Source of the DNA: an uncultured archaeon
GTDB lineage: Archaea > Iainarchaeota > Iainarchaeia > Iainarchaeales > JAAZKV01
Direction: 5' to 3'
DNA: 25,312 bases
NCBI GenBank assembly: GCA_964578405.1
Contig: CAZOCW010000003.1
Span: 1-25,312 of the forward strand
The position numbers and the translations under genes are program-made. Shown here piece after piece: positions 1 through 9,500 of the stretch (position 1 is the first letter of the stretch; each line of letters starts with the position of its first letter). The notes under the pieces were generated by a model that was not told the origin of the DNA, searched no databases, and was given only the letters and a program-made list of their open reading frames with translations.

Positions 1-1
1 T

Positions 2-424
2 CTTACTGATGATTATTATTATTCAATAAGAGATGATTTAGAGTGGCTTAAAGTAAAAGAAAATTATTTGTTTACTTCTCCTCCTTCAACTGCAGCTTAC
101 CCTCGCGGAATTGCATTTTCTGCTTTTGCAGGACTTATTGTTCAAATAAATGATTCTTTTTCAATTGAAGCAGGAGTGTCTGATCAAATGGGAAAAATTG
201 CAAAAGCACTTGATACAAATGTTACTCCTTTTGATTTTTTGAGTGGGGATATGGATAGTGATGGGGCTTTTACTTCTGAAGAAGAACAAGTATTTATTGA
301 AACTATTGCATATTTAACAGACAAATATGTTTCTGACAAAAAAGAACTAATAAATAACACAACTTCAATTGAAAGAAAATATGTTGAAGCGAAGAAAATA
401 ATTTTACTTTCAGAATATAGTTAA
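2..424 (+). CDS. Hypothetical protein, 5'-truncated by the window edge
   Basis: The frame is open from position 2 (LTDDYYYSIRDDLEWLKVKENYLFTSPP...), so the track's TTG at 68 is internal. Stop TAA at 422-424. No family recognised. Confidence 0.7.
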   Translation, partial: LTDDYYYSIRDDLEWLKVKENYLFTSPPSTAAYPRGIAFSAFAGLIVQINDSFSIEAGVSDQMGKIAKALDTNVTPFDFLSGDMDSDGAFTSEEEQVFIETIAYLTDKYVSDKKELINNTTSIERKYVEAKKIILLSEYS

Positions 425-467
425 TTCAAGTATTTTATATTTGTGTAATAATTTTTACAAGTTATTT

Positions 468-1163
468 CTATTTTTTAGGCATCATTAAGTGTAGTTCTTC
501 TAATGAAATGTTCCCAATTTCTTTATCTTGTAAAAATAAACTTCCAACTGCCGGGGGAGTTCTCCAAAAAGAAGAAAATCCTTTTTTATCAATTTCTTTA
601 AAATAATCTTGGACCTTTGAATAATATATTTTTGATTCAATAGAAAGATCTTTGTAAGTTTTTTGAAATAATTCGCAAAAAGGGTATTGTTCGCGAAGTC
701 CAGGCATTGCAATAAAAGGGAATAATCTGCATGGGGAGGGTCTTGCTTCATAAATGTTACAATTGTTTTCAGGGCGAATAAATTTGCAGGCGTTTCTTGT
801 TTCAATAATTGATTTTTTATCTTTAAATTTAAATGTTTTTTTCTCTTCACGTTTAAGCACAACTTGGGGGACAATAAAATAACTCTCTCCAACAATCCCA
901 ACCTCTTTTTTTACTAAATCAAAAATTCTTTTTGGAAAAAAAGTTGAAGGGTAAGTTAATACTCCGGGAGTAGTTTTTGGAAAAAGTTTTACATTTAAAG
1001 CACAATCATTTTCTAGGAAATCTTTCTTTGTTTTATTGAGTAATTTTGATATTTTATTTGCTTCATCGGGTAAAACTGTAATGTGATATCTCTTACAACA
1101 CTCTCCGCAAGCAAGGCAAAAGTCAGATTCTTGTTTTTTTGTTAATTTGTTTACCGTTTGCAT
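468..1163 (-). CDS. YkgJ family cysteine-cluster protein (CxxCxxCC, putative Fe-S/Zn-binding)
   Basis: N-terminal CLACGECC and C-terminal CKFI...NCNIYEARPSPCRLFPF...C match the family pattern. Confidence 0.88.
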   Translation of the reverse strand: MQTVNKLTKKQESDFCLACGECCKRYHITVLPDEANKISKLLNKTKKDFLENDCALNVKLFPKTTPGVLTYPSTFFPKRIFDLVKKEVGIVGESYFIVPQVVLKREEKKTFKFKDKKSIIETRNACKFIRPENNCNIYEARPSPCRLFPFIAMPGLREQYPFCELFQKTYKDLSIESKIYYSKVQDYFKEIDKKGFSSFWRTPPAVGSLFLQDKEIGNISLEELHLMMPKK

Positions 1164-1273
1164 AAATAATGTTAATGTGAGAAGAATTTAAAAACAAAAA
1201 TAAACGTGTAACTCTAAAACTGAGACAATTAGTTTATATAAGAGTTAAGAGTTCTATTTGGATTAGTGATAAA

Positions 1274-1699
1274 ATGAAAAAAAACTCCTTGTATACTTGG
1301 CCAATTGTTCTCTTAATAGTTTTAGTAATTATTTTTGTTATATTTTTGGTGATTAATACAAAACCTTTTGCTTCAACTAATTTTCCTATTCCAAATGATT
1401 TGAACACGAGTGATTCTACTTTTGTTGATACAAATTCTTCGGATTTGAATAATATTGTGAATGATAATAATTTACAAAATAAATTTCCACTTCCTTTAGT
1501 TGAGGAAGAAACTGACATTAATGTTATGCAAGAACTTGATACTTCAATTAGCCTTTGTCTTGAAAAATGTAAAACATTAAGATTAAGTTGTGCTGAAGAA
1601 GGACTAGAGTTAAAACCAGATGCAACTGGGTGTTATTCTCCGACTCTGGAAGTATTGCAGTCTGATGGAAATTGTGAAACAAACTGTTTTGTTAAGTAA
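1274..1699 (+). CDS. Membrane-anchored exported protein with an Asn/Asp-rich linker and a Cys-rich C-terminal module
   Basis: One N-terminal hydrophobic helix (WPIVLLIVLVIIFVIFLVI), six C-terminal Cys, and an SD-like AGTGA upstream. Confidence 0.75.
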   Translation: MKKNSLYTWPIVLLIVLVIIFVIFLVINTKPFASTNFPIPNDLNTSDSTFVDTNSSDLNNIVNDNNLQNKFPLPLVEEETDINVMQELDTSISLCLEKCKTLRLSCAEEGLELKPDATGCYSPTLEVLQSDGNCETNCFVK

Positions 1700-1783
1700 T
1701 ATTAAAGGACAAATGATTTCTTTTTTGTCCTTTAATAGCTATCAAAAGACATTGTTAAATTTGTAATTTAATGTCTTTTGATA
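1700..1783. repeat. Double inverted-repeat element, copy A
   Basis: Perfect 14-bp arms TATTAAAGGACAAA (1700-1713)/TTTGTCCTTTAATA (1724-1737), a GC linker, then perfect 14-bp arms TATCAAAAGACATT (1740-1753)/AATGTCTTTTGATA (1770-1783). A homologous copy lies at 10019-10082. Confidence 0.85.
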
Positions 1784-1814
1784 TAATATTGGGAAATTTT
1801 GCCCGATGAGAACC

Positions 1815-1823
1815 TTTTAAAAA
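1815..1823 (+). promoter_or_regulatory. Putative TATA box for tRNA-Thr
   Basis: TTTTAAAAA about 42-50 nt upstream of the mature tRNA 5' end. Confidence 0.45.
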
Positions 1824-1864
1824 GTAACCAAATCAAACTTCAGTAATAGCAGCACAAAGATGTT

Positions 1865-1936
1865 GCCTCTGTGGCTCAGTGGTAGAGCGTCTGCTTTGTA
1901 AGCAGAATGTCGGGGGTCCGAATCCCTCCAGAGGCT
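1865..1936 (+). tRNA. tRNA-Thr(TGT)
   Basis: Acceptor GCCTCTG/CAGAGGC, D arm GCTC/GAGC, anticodon stem TCTGC/GCAGA with loop TT-TGT-AA, T stem GGGGG/CCCTC, T loop TCCGAAT, discriminator T. CCA is not encoded. Confidence 0.95.
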
Positions 1937-1949
1937 TTATTTTATGATC

Positions 1950-1995
1950 AAGCCTTTGTCAAGGCTTAATTTATACTTTTTCTATTTTTTTTCTC
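1950..1995 (+). terminator. Hairpin plus T-tract downstream of tRNA-Thr
   Basis: AAGCCTT-TGTC-AAGGCTT followed by T-rich runs. Confidence 0.45.
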
Positions 1996-2048
1996 TAACC
2001 GTACCTAATATAATATGCACGAATTGAATGTTAGTTATAGGTGGGTTT

Positions 2049-2450
2049 ATGTTGTTCGTAACTAAGATAATTGAAGAAGATTTGTCAAGTAAGGCAAGTG
2101 AAGATATAGTGTCAAAATGCACTGAATTAATACAAGTAAAAGAAGCTATTGATAGAATAAATGGGGAAAATAAAACTGCTGTTATTCTTGAAAAAGACTC
2201 TCAAAACTACATGGTTGTTGGGGGCGGACAAAACTCAAAGTACGTTGCTTACGCTTATGTTAAAGGAAAAAAATGGGTTATGGCAAACAAATTCCCAATA
2301 CCAAGAGACGCAATGGAATTAGTTGTTGGTGGAAAGAAAGGAATTTACCCATCAAAAAGATTAATGAGTCTTGAAATGATACTTGAAGCAGCAAAACACT
2401 TTGCTGATAGAGGTGCGTTAGCACAAACATTCAATTGGGATAAAGAATAA
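2049..2450 (+). CDS. Imm1-like immunity protein (polymorphic toxin immunity family)
   Basis: The pattern YMVVGGG...LVVGGKKGIYP...LEAAKHFADRGAL...W near the C-terminus resembles Imm1. The start is moved from 2028 to ATG 2049 because SD-like AGGTGGG lies at 2039-2045. Confidence 0.65.
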   Translation: MLFVTKIIEEDLSSKASEDIVSKCTELIQVKEAIDRINGENKTAVILEKDSQNYMVVGGGQNSKYVAYAYVKGKKWVMANKFPIPRDAMELVVGGKKGIYPSKRLMSLEMILEAAKHFADRGALAQTFNWDKE

Positions 2451-2561
2451 TTATCCTAATTGTTTTCTTTTTTTTATTAATTTTTTATTTTTAATCTATT
2501 TTATTTGACTTTGGAATATTTTTTTGACAGAGTTTGTTTTTTCAGATCTTCTTTTCAGAAG

Positions 2562-2610
2562 GAAAAAAATTAAAAAAAATAAAAATAGAGGGTAACTTTC
2601 GTCACCCTTT
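2562..2610 (-). terminator. Intrinsic-type terminator for the CxxC-x17-CxxC gene
   Basis: The minus strand reads AAAGGGTGAC-GAAA-GTTACCCTCT (10-bp stem, GNRA loop) followed by long T-runs. Confidence 0.7.
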
Positions 2611-2633
2611 CTTCTAAGTATTAGTTAGAAATT

Positions 2634-2858
2634 TTATTGTTCTTCAGAGTCGCTATCGTTAGATCTATTGTCTCTAAATCCTGGTCTAGCTGGTCTGTCG
2701 TTCTTGTGCTTCTGGTAGCAGTCTCTACAATAAACTGGTCTTCCTTCAATTGGTTTGAACGGTACTTCAGTTTCTGTTCCGCAATCAGAGCATGTTGCTT
2801 TGTGCATTTCTCTTGGGCCACCGAATGATGGTCTGTTTCCGAATCTTCTTCCTTCCAT
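2634..2858 (-). CDS. Standalone CxxC-x17-CxxC zinc-ribbon protein
   Basis: PREMHKATCSDCGTETEVPFKPIEGRPVYCRDCY is the family signature, with Arg/Gly-rich flanks and a strong SD AAGGTGA upstream. Confidence 0.92.
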   Translation of the reverse strand: MEGRRFGNRPSFGGPREMHKATCSDCGTETEVPFKPIEGRPVYCRDCYQKHKNDRPARPGFRDNRSNDSDSEEQ

Positions 2859-2988
2859 TATTTTTTCACCTTAAGTTTTTACAAAAAGCTATAAAAAAAC
2901 AAGACTATTTTTTTTAAGAAAAAGTACTTGAAATTTCATTGCCTTTATAACTAATTATTTGGGAAAGGGGGTTATAAACCTTCCTAAA

Positions 2989-3106
2989 GCACCTTGCCGG
3001 CAAGGTGCAGGCGCTTTGTCGACGAAATCTGCAAAGTACGAGCGCTTTGCCGGCGAAGTGCAGGCGCTTTACTGACAAAGTAGGAGCAGTTTGTGAGCAA
3101 AGTGAG
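2989..3106. repeat. GC-rich array of five degenerate palindromic units of about 22 nt
   Basis: Units start at 2989, 3011, 3042, 3064 and 3086, with approximate consensus GCGCTTTGYCGRCAAAGTGCAG. The first 20 nt (GCACCTTGCCGGCAAGGTGC) are a perfect palindrome. Confidence 0.8.
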
Positions 3107-3255
3107 GCTTTTTGAAAGAAATATAGTCGGTTTATCCTTAAAGCATAGGGCCTTTACAAACCCTCTCTTGACTAATTATGGCTGTATGGGTTGTGTGGGA
3201 AGTTTTAAGGCCTAAAACTTGATTTTGAGTCACTTTGTACGGTGAAGGAAAGATT

Positions 3256-3263
3256 TTTATAAA
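3256..3263 (+). promoter_or_regulatory. Putative TATA box with purine-rich BRE-like sequence upstream of the small membrane protein gene
   Basis: TTTATAAA preceded by GAAGGAAAGA, about 40 nt before ATG 3303. Confidence 0.5.
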
Positions 3264-3302
3264 GGTTTATGGGGATAGTATATATTATTACTAGTGATAA
3301 AG

Positions 3303-3470
3303 ATGGGTGAAAAGGATGTACAAACAGGAATAATAGTGCTCTTCGTAGCAGTATTTTTTCTCTTCTCAGGCCTTGAAATGCTTGATATACAAATAATTGA
3401 CCCTCAGCTTAGTACATTAATTTCTTTTATATTAGTTGGAGTAGGAATTTATCTAATTACAAAAAAATAA
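3303..3470 (+). CDS. Small two-helix membrane protein (55 aa), absent from the ORF track
   Basis: My translation is MGEKDVQTGIIVLFVAVFFLFSGLEMLDIQIIDPQLSTLISFILVGVGIYLITKK*. It has two hydrophobic segments, a C-terminal KK, and SD-like AGTGA and a TATA box upstream. Confidence 0.75.
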   Translation: MGEKDVQTGIIVLFVAVFFLFSGLEMLDIQIIDPQLSTLISFILVGVGIYLITKK

Positions 3471-3565
3471 ATTTACTTTTAGTTATTTTTTTAGTCTTTT
3501 TCTCTAGAGCATAGCTTTATTAAATAAAAAAGCACTACTATTTTAGATTATAAAAGTGATTTTGT

Positions 3566-6500
3566 TTGGGAATTTATTCTTTTTTTGAAGACAAGTGGTA
3601 TGACTTGCTTGAAGGAGTAAATAAATTTGTGCCAATATTGGCTGTTACAGATCAAATTGACAAAATTATTCCAAGTTTTATTTTATTTTTATTATTTTTA
3701 TTATTACTAATTCTTGGAGCAGGAGCATTTTTGTTCTTGAATACTACTCCAGCTTATGATGTTGAAGTAATTGTATTAAACAAAGTCGGAAACCCAATTG
3801 AAGGGGCGGTAGTAAAACTTTCAATGATTTGTAAGGAAGAAGAACTTCAAGTTTTAACAAATGCTCAAGGAAAAGTTTCCTTCACAGCATGTGATACTTC
3901 AGTGGATGTTACTGTTGAAAAACAAGCATACAAACAATTAATGGTTCCACTTGATTTTTCTGAAGAAAAAAGTCAAACTCTTAGTTTAAGTCCAATTGAG
4001 GTTCCTGTAAGAGAGGTAAATGTAACTGTAGTTGATGCTTCACAAAATTTAATTCAATCAGCAGGACTGGAACTAACTTGTGTTAATGGAAATGATTTAA
4101 ACAAACAAATTGTTACAACAAATAATCCTTCAAACATTCAAGGCACTCAAGGATTTAAAGTTACAGTTCCAAATGGATGTACACTTGTTCAATTAAAAGC
4201 AACTGCAACTTCATATACTGAAAATATAGTTACTCTAAATAGTACTGAAAATACTAAAAAAATTGTTCTTGAAAAACCAGTTGTTTTAGGTACTGCAATA
4301 TTTACTGCAAATAGTCCAATGGGTCTTCAATCTGATGCAATAATTACAGTTACTGATTCTGATGATAAAGAATATACTTTATACACTCTAGCAAATGGGC
4401 AAGTAATAAAACAATTTACTGCTGGAAATTATTCTTATAATGCAGTTGCAAGTGGTGCACAGGATAGTGGCACCTTTACTGTTATTGCAAATAAACCTGT
4501 TGATGTTAATGTTTACTTTTCAAAATTAGTTCCAATTATTGATACAACAAAAATGATTTATCTTTCATTAAAAGATGGAAATTCATTTGTTGGGGGAGCT
4601 GAAGCAAAAATATTTTTTACAAAAGCTAGCGATACAAATTATTGGATGCCTCTTTCTTCAACTTTGGCAGGAACTATTGGCCCAAGTCCAGTAACGGATA
4701 CTAATAACAAAACTTTTACTGCAATAATTAAAGCAAATAATTATGAAACAAAATTAGTTCCAATTGAACTAAAACTAAAGTCCGATTCTCCTCAACTTGT
4801 TGCAATGAAACAGGGCGGAACAACTCTAAAAATAAAAGTAGTAAATGATCTAAATGTTCCTGTTTCAAACGTACAAACAGTGCTTTACATTTCTTCTTTT
4901 GCAGGGTACTTTGATAAAAGTGCCTTAACTGATGTTAATGGATTAACTCAATACAAAGGTCTTCCAAGTGGGACATATAAAATAACTGCAAAAACAGAAA
5001 CTGATGAAGGTGAACTTACTAATGTAATTGTAAGTGGAACAACAAAAGAAGTAATTTTGCGAATGGTTACTGGGAGAGGAACAATTAAGTTTAATTTAAT
5101 GGATGATGAAGGAAAAGCAAATGCACTTGTTCAATTTTATGTTCAAAACCCAAATGGAACTTTTACAAAAACATTTGAAGGAAAAACAACAAAATATTAT
5201 TATGATTCAAATACTCTTAAAGCAGAGCAAAAAGTAAAACTAGTTGTTATTGATGAAAATTATATTCCTACAGAAAGCTTTGTTTACACATTAAAGCGTG
5301 GTACTCAAGACAAAACTTTATTTTTACGAAAACAAGCTTTGCTTCCAAATCAAAGAGAAACACAAATGATGCTAAGACAAGTTTATGCAAATAATCCATT
5401 GCTTTTAGGGGAAACAGTTGCAACAAGAATAATGCCTGGACAAAAATACTACTTATTATTTGATTTAGTGCTAAACAAAGAAGAAGATAGAAATGTTATT
5501 GCAAATTTTTATGTTGGTCCAGAAGACAAAAACACGTTAATAGCACACAATCCTTTTACATTAGGGTATACAGTTTCAAAAGGAACTTATTCTCCAGTAC
5601 TTTCTTCAAAACTGGAAGGATTTGAAATTAATCCTTCAGAAGCAGCAAATCCAAATTTAATAAAAAGCGGAGATTATAATGCTAAACAATTAAACGTACG
5701 ATTTGGTTCACAAAATGGATTGCAAATGATTCCAATTATTGTGGAAATAACAGTTGATGAGAATGCAACTGGTAAAACAAAAATATTTTGGCAATCAAGA
5801 TTTGGGGACATACCTTCACCAACAACTATGAGTTTATTGTATTCTAAAGAATTTGAAATAGGTAAAGCGTTTTGTATGGGGCTAGATTGTCCTGCTTTCT
5901 TATTCTCAAATTACATAAAACACGCTGATGATAATTCAAAGCCTATTAGTGATAATATTGAAGTATTATTACTAAATGAACCTTACAAAATGCAAACAAT
6001 AGTTGAAAATCTTACTGATGAATTAATAGGGGATGCAAATTTATCTTTAACAATTGAAAAAGCTGGACAAGTTAGATTACTATTTGCTGGGGACAAAAAT
6101 GTTACAAGTGCACCAGTAACAATTAATCCATTAGCACAAACAAATCTTGCACAGTTTGATTTGAATACAAAAACTTCTGCAATTGGTGCAATAAAAGTAT
6201 TTGAAAGTGTGCAAAAAATGCAAGGTGGCACGGATATTTTAGCATCAACTGAGGGAAACAAAAATAATTTTGTTAGATTTGAAGTAAGAAATAGAAATGA
6301 TTTGAATATTATTGTTGTTGCAACACAAACCAATGGAGTAATTTATGAAAAATCCTATTATCCATTCTTTGTAATAAATGTCCTTTCAATAAATGGGATG
6401 AATAGAGGACAAAAAACTGGAATTAAAGCAACTTGGGAAGCAAAAATTGATAATGGTACTACAAATGGACTTGAGTTTAAGTGCTTGCCTTTAACTAATA

Positions 6501-9500
6501 CTTGTAATGGAACAACTGATGAAAATGGATACGCAACAATTCCATTTGATGCAACAAATATTACTGCTGGAACAAGAATAATATTTACTGCAGTAGATGA
6601 AAATAATTCTACTCCTGCAAGAACGGTTGTTACAGTTACAAAAGCATTCCCTGATCCAATACCTGATCCAATTCAGTGTATAAAAATGAGAATTAGCGGA
6701 ACTATTGTTGATTCAAACTATATTGCTTCTCATCCATTCCCTTCAATTAATTTGGATGTTAATGTAATTGATGTAAGAAATAATTCTCTATCTTTAATTT
6801 ATCCTGATGATTTGGCTTGTGAGGGAGTAAAAAGAGTTACAATAACCACAGAAATTCAAGCAACACCAAAAACATTTGATATGAATAAGGGGCAAACAGT
6901 TACAATTGCACTTGATGGATCTCCGACAGTTGCTGCAAAAGAAGGAATGCTTGGAGCTTATCCTCTTGTAATAAATTCAAGTGGGCAAGGAGTAAGTGGA
7001 AAAGTTGGAGAAATTGATGTAATAATGAGTGATCCAAATTCACCATTTGTTTTGAGTAATCCAATAGTTGATTTACGAGTAGTTGACAAAGTTAATGTTA
7101 GTGTTACAAACAAAGATACTGCTGGAAGACAAGATAATTTCTATCCAAAAGTTGATATTTCTACGAATAGTGTTTCAATAGTTTATCATAAACCTGGAGT
7201 TCCAACAATTTATTTGCTTAGTCCAAAAGTAATTGGTTCAGCAATTGAATCACTAATCAATGGGGTAACTTGGGCGCAAGAAGTAGGACAACATGGGAGT
7301 AGTTGTATGAATCCAACTTATGCAACTCCTGATGACTTTTTGTTTAAAGAGGATATATTGCAACTTTGTACTGCGATGGTTACAAATGTATCCAAATACA
7401 AACCAACTCCAAAACCTGAACCTGATATTAATTTAGGGATTAATACAAACACTACTCCGCAATCTCTTGCAAGTGGAAAAGAAAATGTTGGGAAAATTTA
7501 TTTTGAAACTTCAACTCCTACAGGGGATCCAAAAGATGCAGAAGAAGGAGATATTTATTCATTATATCCCCCAGGATTACTTGGGCCAATTACTTTCCCA
7601 ATAGAAACTTGTCACCAAGATGCACTAAATAGTCCTTATGTTGCTGCTGAAAGACCACCTAACTGGCAAGGATCAGTAGAAAATAGTCCAATTTGGACTG
7701 GTGGGGGAGAAAAAGGATTTATTCAAATGCAAGTTTTGTCAACTCATCAATGTGGAGATCAAAGAATTGATGGGGAAGGCTCAATAGGTACTGATCCTAC
7801 TACTGGCGAAGTAATTGCGGGGGAGGGTGAAATGGCACCTTACGCTTACCTTTTCCATTCACATGGAACAACAGAAGGAAGTGGATTCTTAGGGTGGGGT
7901 ACAAGAGATAATCCATGTACATTTAACACACAAATTGAAAAAGCAAGAATATTCAATTGGCAACAAGAAGTGCAAAAAGAATGGACAAAAGATTATAACA
8001 TAATTCCAATTGAAGGGCCACCAAAGTCATTAGGTTCTTACGAAGCTACTCCTACTCCGCAATGGGGAGATATTTCAGAATATGCGGGTCATGCTCCGGG
8101 AGATACTTGGACAATGGATAATGGTTATTTAATGGGTGTTGTGTGTGTGCAACCAATGGGATTTATACCAATGGAAAAAGGAGAAAGAGATGTGAAATAT
8201 ACTGATTGGCCAAAAGATGGTCCTCCACTTGAAGATCCTGCGGATCCATTAGTTGAATACGATGATAGTGGAATGATAAAATACAAACTTGATCCGTCCT
8301 CAATTCCTGAAGGAATAAATATGTTCTTGCATAATGGACAAGTTTATGCACAATATATTGGAGTGCCAGAAATTGCAAGTAAAGTAATTGACATTAATTA
8401 TTCAAGAGTAAATTTACTTGGAAGCGAATATGCAACAATGACTGTTAGTGATTGGTACCAAGGAGTAAAGACAACAAAGAAATTCCAAATGCATTTAGTT
8501 GGAAACCCAACAAATTGTTACACTGCTGAAGGACAAGCAGGACTCACTGGTAAAGAATTTGTTCCAAAAGTTAGATTCAATTGGGATTGGAATTCAATTT
8601 TAACAAATACTTGTGATTCAACAAACAATGATTACATTTACTGTGATGCAACACAATTCACAACAGAATTGTTTAAGAAATTCCCACTAATCCAATCTGC
8701 GAAAGTAAATATTCAAGATGAATTACTTCCAAGATATACTTCATTTTATTCATACTTAATTAAAGATAATTACTCGGATAAATTCCTTGCTGATTTTTAC
8801 AAGTACAATTCAACTGCAGTATTCAATTCAACAGGAAACTTCCTTTCCACTTTGACAAATGTGGGGTATGATAGATTCATTACTGAACACAAATTACATT
8901 TTAGAATGAGAGATTCAAGCGGAACAATTTGGGATACAAACACTTGGTTGCCAAAAGGCGGAATTTATAGGGTTGAAATTGATGTTAACTTTAATGATCC
9001 AAATGTGCACAGTATGTTTGATGGAAATACTCTTAATGCTGAAATATTTGTAACATTTACTTTAGTTCGTGAAGCACCAAACTACAATCCATTCTACGAA
9101 ACTCCATTTGACGGAATGGTTGGAATAGAAAATGGAATTAACATTAGAGATGGATACGGATCAGGATTAGTTCCAACTAGTGAAATATCATTGCCTTTAG
9201 CTTTAGGAATGGCAAATTTAACAAAATCAAATAATTCAATGGTAAAAATAAATTATCAAACGGAAACAAATTTAAGTAGATTAAATAAAGGGGTAGTGCT
9301 TGAATACATTAATGGCAGTGCGGATAATAATAAAACTCTAAAGTTCTATCCTGCGCAACCAGGCCCTGTGTTAATGAATATTACTTCAACTACTGCTGGC
9401 CCAGTTACTGCAACTTACAAATTAAACGGATTTGACGCGGGTACTGGAATGACAAAGAAATGGACAATGGTGTCTTCAACAATTGGAAAATCAAAATGCC

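Noticed and set aside
500-2828. Track ORFs 500..901, 1234..1518, 2621..2821 and 2637..2828
   Set aside because: They are alternative-frame or antisense shadows of better-supported genes, with no motifs or RBS.
2989-3106. The palindromic array as a CRISPR array or a coding repeat
   Set aside because: The units abut without unique spacers, no cas genes are present, the period is not a multiple of 3, and I found no start codon for the open minus-strand frame.
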